From the NCBI GenBank assembly GCA_965660945.1, contig CBFIBS010000001.1, positions 63,961 through 127,960 of the forward strand: 64,000 bases of DNA, in the 5' to 3' direction. The notes beneath the pieces were generated by a model, which saw only the letters and a program-made list of their open reading frames with translations, ran no database searches and was not told where the DNA came from. Below are positions 60,425 to 64,000 of this stretch, piece after piece (within the stretch, counting starts at the first letter, position 1; every line of letters begins with the position of its first letter). Origin of the DNA: Alphaproteobacteria bacterium (lineage in GTDB: Bacteria > Pseudomonadota > Alphaproteobacteria > UBA7985). The position numbers and the translations under genes are program-made.

Positions 60425-60922
60425 TCAGTACCCCTTCCAGAAAGATGCATCGGTGAGGATGGCCACCGGCTTGTTACACATGAAGGTGTACTTCAGAATC
60501 TTGTCGAATTCCTCGACGTCTTCTTCCTGGTGGAAGTGATAGGTCGGGATATTCAGTTGCGCGAGCAAGGCTTTGGTGTGCACGGCCATCTCGACTTGAC
60601 AGGCCACTGGCTCGCCCAGCTCACCGCGATAGCTGATCAGCATGGGCAACGGCATCCGGTAGAACTGAGTCAGGGTCACCAGCGTATTTATGGTCACGCC
60701 GATCGCCGTGTTCTGCATGATGATCGCCGGGCGCTTGCCGCCCATGAAGGCACCGGCACACAGCCCCATGCCCTCGTCTTCCTTGTTGGCCGGGATGTGA
60801 TAGATCGCCGGATGGGCCTCCACGGCTTCGATCACGCCGCCCAGCTGCTTGCACGGCACGGTCGTGATGAAACTCACGTCATTCGCAACAAAGTCCGAAA
60901 CGATTTTTTCGCTGACGTCCAC
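60425..60922 (-). CDS. comD: sulfopyruvate decarboxylase alpha subunit (TPP-enzyme N-terminal domain)
   Basis: 166-aa product from a GTG start 6 nt after GGAGGA. TPP N-domain pattern (GVIEAV...NKEDEGMGL). Confidence 0.75.
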   Translation of the reverse strand: MDVSEKIVSDFVANDVSFITTVPCKQLGGVIEAVEAHPAIYHIPANKEDEGMGLCAGAFMGGKRPAIIMQNTAIGVTINTLVTLTQFYRMPLPMLISYRGELGEPVACQVEMAVHTKALLAQLNIPTYHFHQEEDVEEFDKILKYTFMCNKPVAILTDASFWKGY

Positions 60923-61041
60923 CCGCCATCCTCCAACTAAACGATAATGTAAGCGCTTGCATAACATGCCCCTGACACGTCGGAAAGGCACGCGTCAGAC
61001 ATAGGCGTCCTGAGCTGAGCGAGGGGGCTTGGCGGGCAGTC

Positions 61042-63048
61042 TTACCAGCCGCCCCCTCCCCCGCCACCGCCGCCGCCGCCGCTGAATGAGCTGCCACCGC
61101 TGCCGCTGCTCGACGACGGGCTGTAGTTCGCGGCCGACTGGAAGCCGCTCTCGAAGCTGTCCAGATTATCTTCGAAGCGGTTGTGATGCATTCCGTACCA
61201 GGGATCGACAACCGCACCGGCCGCCGCCCACGAGGCCATTTCATTGGCAAACTTTCCAGCCCAGACCGCGTTCAGCCCGAGGGCAAAGGCATAGGGGTAA
61301 ATCAGCGAAAACCGCCTGTAGTCCGGCTCCGGCTCTTCCTGCAGTTCGCCGTGCTCGGCCGCCTTGATATAGAGCTTCAGGCCCTCGAGCTCAGCCGCCA
61401 TCTCGGCCCCGGACTGGGTATAGTTCTTGAAGTGCCGGGGGATCATCATCAGCGCCACGGTCGACAGGCCAAAGGCCAGCATGACGGGGATATTGCTGAG
61501 CAGGCTCTGCACGTCAGCATTGCCCACCACGTTCAGCACGAACCCACCGACCTGGAAGATGAAGAAAATCGGCATGAGGATGAACCAGAACCAGCCTTTT
61601 CCAGCGGCACGGAAAACGCTGGAGAAGATCGGCGCGATCACCGACAGCACCAGCAGTAACATCGCCCAGGCAAAGATACTGTCGAGCGCGGAGGCAGCAA
61701 ACCCGGTCAACCAGATCAGGTTGAGCAGGATGATCATGCCCAGACTCCAGAACCAGTTGGTCCGGTAGGTGCTGCGGAATTCGTCCCTGATTTCGGTGAC
61801 GACAGCCTTGGCCGCCTTTTTCAGTTCGCTGGCCGTGGTCGTGTCTTTCTCGACGATGACATAGGTGTCGTCGGGCCGGTTGAGCCGTAGCGTGCTGAGC
61901 GCCATCTTTTCTGAGGGCGTCAGGGCTTCACCCCCGTCTTCGAGGCGGGTGATCAGCTTGTCTTCGAGCCGGATGTAGCCCTTGACCGACAAGCTCACCA
62001 GCACGGTGATCAGCATCTTGATGGTGCTGATGTTGCCCTGCCGGCTGATGAAGCGGGCCGCGCCAGCCCCAACGTTCTGCGGTGGATCGAAGCGCGGGTA
62101 GACCGGCGGCATCACCGCCTTTTCCCGTCCCAGCCGCATCCAGAGCAGGATGGCGAGCGCAATGAAGATCAGCACGGCGATCAGCAGGGCGATCCCGGCG
62201 ACCTGGGCGCGCTCCGCCTCGCGCGCGCGGCGCTCGGCCTCTGCTGCCGCGCGCTCTTCGGCGAGGCGGGCCTGCTCGGCGTAGTAGGCATCATTAATCA
62301 CGGGATAGTTGGCGCCCGGCGCCACCATATCGGGGGCGAAGGCCAGCACGAGGGTCACCCCTGCGAAAGCGGGCAGGCTGTCACCGCTGAGTGTGAAGCC
62401 GCCGTCCGCAACGGTCAGGACACCATTGTAGGGATTGCCTTCCGTCCCACGAGGACCACTGAGCACCCTCGAACCCAGCAATTCAGCGCCCGCAGGCGGG
62501 TTGAGGGTCACACGCCAGTTGCGGATCGGCACGGTCCAATCATGGGGAATGATGTTCCAGTCGAAGTTATCGGAGTCATCAAACTGCAAGATGCCGCGAT
62601 CGATGCGGTAGCGCAGGGTGTAGGTGTAGTACTGGTTGGTGGTCAGGAACACGTCTTCCTGCCCGAGATAGATCCGGTAGTTGCCGCCGGTGTATTCAGT
62701 GCGGGCGATGTTCTCGGCCTGGCCGTCGCGGAAGGCTGCCACGCTGCGGTACGGATTATCAGGCTGCCAGCCCTCGAGGCTGGAAAGCGGGAAATCACGG
62801 TAAATTCCACGCTTGAAAACGTCCCCCAGCACAAACACGCGGATGCGTTCTTCGATGGCGAGGCTGCCGTCGGCGCCGATATCGACGCTGACGTCGTAGC
62901 GGTCGATGTGCTCTCTGCTGAAATCCTGCGCCTGTGCGCTGCCCGCGAGACCGCCCCCGGCGAGCAGGAAGACGAAGGCGAGGAAGGCGAGACCAAGCCT
63001 GCGCAGGCGCTGCAGCCGGTCACTGAAGGGGTTCAGGCGCGTGGTCAT
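61042..63048 (-). CDS. DUF2207-family membrane protein with a C-terminal Ser/Gly-rich tail
   Basis: Signal/TM N-terminus, a large extracytoplasmic domain, several TM helices and a C-terminal SSSSGSGGSSFSGGGGGGGGGGGW tail. Confidence 0.7.
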   Translation of the reverse strand: MTTRLNPFSDRLQRLRRLGLAFLAFVFLLAGGGLAGSAQAQDFSREHIDRYDVSVDIGADGSLAIEERIRVFVLGDVFKRGIYRDFPLSSLEGWQPDNPYRSVAAFRDGQAENIARTEYTGGNYRIYLGQEDVFLTTNQYYTYTLRYRIDRGILQFDDSDNFDWNIIPHDWTVPIRNWRVTLNPPAGAELLGSRVLSGPRGTEGNPYNGVLTVADGGFTLSGDSLPAFAGVTLVLAFAPDMVAPGANYPVINDAYYAEQARLAEERAAAEAERRAREAERAQVAGIALLIAVLIFIALAILLWMRLGREKAVMPPVYPRFDPPQNVGAGAARFISRQGNISTIKMLITVLVSLSVKGYIRLEDKLITRLEDGGEALTPSEKMALSTLRLNRPDDTYVIVEKDTTTASELKKAAKAVVTEIRDEFRSTYRTNWFWSLGMIILLNLIWLTGFAASALDSIFAWAMLLLVLSVIAPIFSSVFRAAGKGWFWFILMPIFFIFQVGGFVLNVVGNADVQSLLSNIPVMLAFGLSTVALMMIPRHFKNYTQSGAEMAAELEGLKLYIKAAEHGELQEEPEPDYRRFSLIYPYAFALGLNAVWAGKFANEMASWAAAGAVVDPWYGMHHNRFEDNLDSFESGFQSAANYSPSSSSGSGGSSFSGGGGGGGGGGGW

Positions 63049-63614
63049 GAGAAGTCCACCTCGGTCACGGCCCGCTGCGCATCATCATCGATCTCGAAGA
63101 AGTCTGCCTTCACGAAGCCGAACATGTTGGCGATGATCACGCTGGGGAAGGACTCGACAGTAGTGTTGAAGGTGCGAACGGCACCGTTGTAGTAGCGACG
63201 TGCCTTCTGGATCGTGTCCTCGAGCGCGCTGAGCTCGCGCTGCAGCTCCAGGAAGTTGCCGTCAGCCTTAAGGTCCGGGTAGTTCTCCGACACCGCGAAT
63301 AGGTTGGCGAGCGCGCCGCTGACCTTGTTTTCAGCAGCGGCCCGGGCGACCGGGTCGTCGCTGCGGACCTCGGTGCGCATGTTGGTGACCTCCGCAAGGG
63401 TTTCGGCCTCGTGCTTGGCGTAGCCCTTGACCGTCGAGACAAGGTTGCCAACGAGGTTGAACCGCCGCCGGAGCTGGACGTCGATACCACTCCACCCTTC
63501 CGATACGTAGTTCCGCTGGGAGACCAGCGCGTTGTAGATGGCGATGGCGAGGAACGCGATGGCGACCAAACCAACGATGATCAGGATGACGATGATGAGC
63601 AGTGCGGTGAGCAT
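63045..63614 (-). CDS. lemA: LemA-family protein
   Basis: N-terminal TM helix followed by the LemA coiled-coil domain (SQRNYV...WSGIDVQLRRR). Confidence 0.85.
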   Translation of the reverse strand: MLTALLIIVILIIVGLVAIAFLAIAIYNALVSQRNYVSEGWSGIDVQLRRRFNLVGNLVSTVKGYAKHEAETLAEVTNMRTEVRSDDPVARAAAENKVSGALANLFAVSENYPDLKADGNFLELQRELSALEDTIQKARRYYNGAVRTFNTTVESFPSVIIANMFGFVKADFFEIDDDAQRAVTEVDFS

Positions 63615-63781
63615 GATGTAATTCCCGACCCGGAGTGCAAAGATGCGCTGACAAACAGAACCTCCATTATTGGTCGTATTTCACCCCGATTCAAGATTGC
63701 AGCCCAACCAATTCCATCATCGCGCCAGTTTGAGACGATGAAGCCCATCCATCCCAACCCCAGTTTGACGACTAAGCCTGT

Positions 63782-64000
63782 TCAATTGCCTGCCGCTTCC
63801 TGCTGCGCGAAGAACGACGTGTCCTCCGGGATCTCAGGCCGCAGCATCTCGTAGCTCGAGCAGCGTATCCGGCCCGTGACTTCGCCCCGCACCAGCTCGT
63901 GGGTCAGCGTGCTCGGCAGCGCGTTCGGGCTCAATTCCACCGCGTCTTCGGCATAGTAAGTCGTGATGTACAGCGTGCGCGGGCCATCGCTCAGATTGGG
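63782..64000 (-). CDS. partial CDS (C-terminal 72 aa) of an unidentified protein; the gene continues beyond the window end
   Basis: Open frame to the window edge ending at a TGA (63782-63784). Coding-like composition; no family recognised. Confidence 0.3.
   Translation of the reverse strand, partial: PNLSDGPRTLYITTYYAEDAVELSPNALPSTLTHELVRGEVTGRIRCSSYEMLRPEIPEDTSFFAQQEAAGN

Noticed and set aside
61040-61085. Poly-purine/poly-C tract (gccgcc/ccc repeats)
   Set aside because: It is the coding sequence for the poly-Gly C-terminal tail of the DUF2207 protein, not a regulatory repeat or slippage pseudogene; the frame is intact.

Overview
The window is a high-GC (about 63-66%) chromosomal segment, probably from a marine alphaproteobacterium of the Rhodobacteraceae (Roseobacter group). 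This placement is inferred from gene content (DHPS/sulfolactate genes, TRAP transporter, alpha-glucoside agl genes, a urease operon with a His-rich UreE). It is densely packed with catabolic and nutrient-scavenging operons. From left to right these are:

- a split YeeE/YedE sulfur-transporter pair, a GDPD phosphodiesterase and a DegT-type aminotransferase;
- an uncharacterised operon of an M19 dipeptidase, a 562-aa protein with no recognisable family, a small ORF and an Ldh_2 dehydrogenase;
- a stand-alone nuoF directly downstream of a complete urease operon (ureDABCEFG, minus strand);
- a glutamine-synthetase-family gene and a lone acidic secreted protein;
- a NitT/TauT-type ABC transporter joined to a reductive pyrimidine catabolism operon (preT, preA, Zn-type carbamoyl amidohydrolase, dihydropyrimidinase);
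- a fatty-acid-hydroxylase-family gene followed by tRNA-Ser(UGA);
- a roughly 3-4 kb low-GC stretch immediately after the tRNA, with a truncated integrase N-terminus, a decayed cytochrome-c-like fragment, copC and copD, a small membrane ORF and a cytochrome P450. This looks like a decayed tRNA-associated island;
- an AT-rich promoter region and an unusually large porin-like outer membrane protein upstream of aglEFGA plus a LacI regulator, with palindromic operators;
- a long minus-strand operon under a GlxA/CdhR-type regulator: choline sulfatase, a lone Rieske oxygenase alpha subunit, SDR, BKACE, aldehyde dehydrogenase, SDR and a carnitine-dehydrogenase-like HADH;
- a FAD monooxygenase and a cupin;
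- a DHPS/sulfolactate-type cluster: Zn-ADH, SDR, HisD-like HpsN, TRAP DctMQP, a small hydrophobic ORF, a LacI regulator, an FMN-dependent 2-hydroxyacid dehydrogenase and sulfopyruvate decarboxylase ComDE;
- a DUF2207/LemA pair and a partial C-terminal CDS at the window end.

No CRISPR array, rRNA or intact mobile element was seen. Many long antisense ORFs in the six-frame track are GC-bias artefacts. Start coordinates were refined by counting residues in the ORF track and checking RBS motifs. Product calls are from motif and family recognition only; no searches were run.
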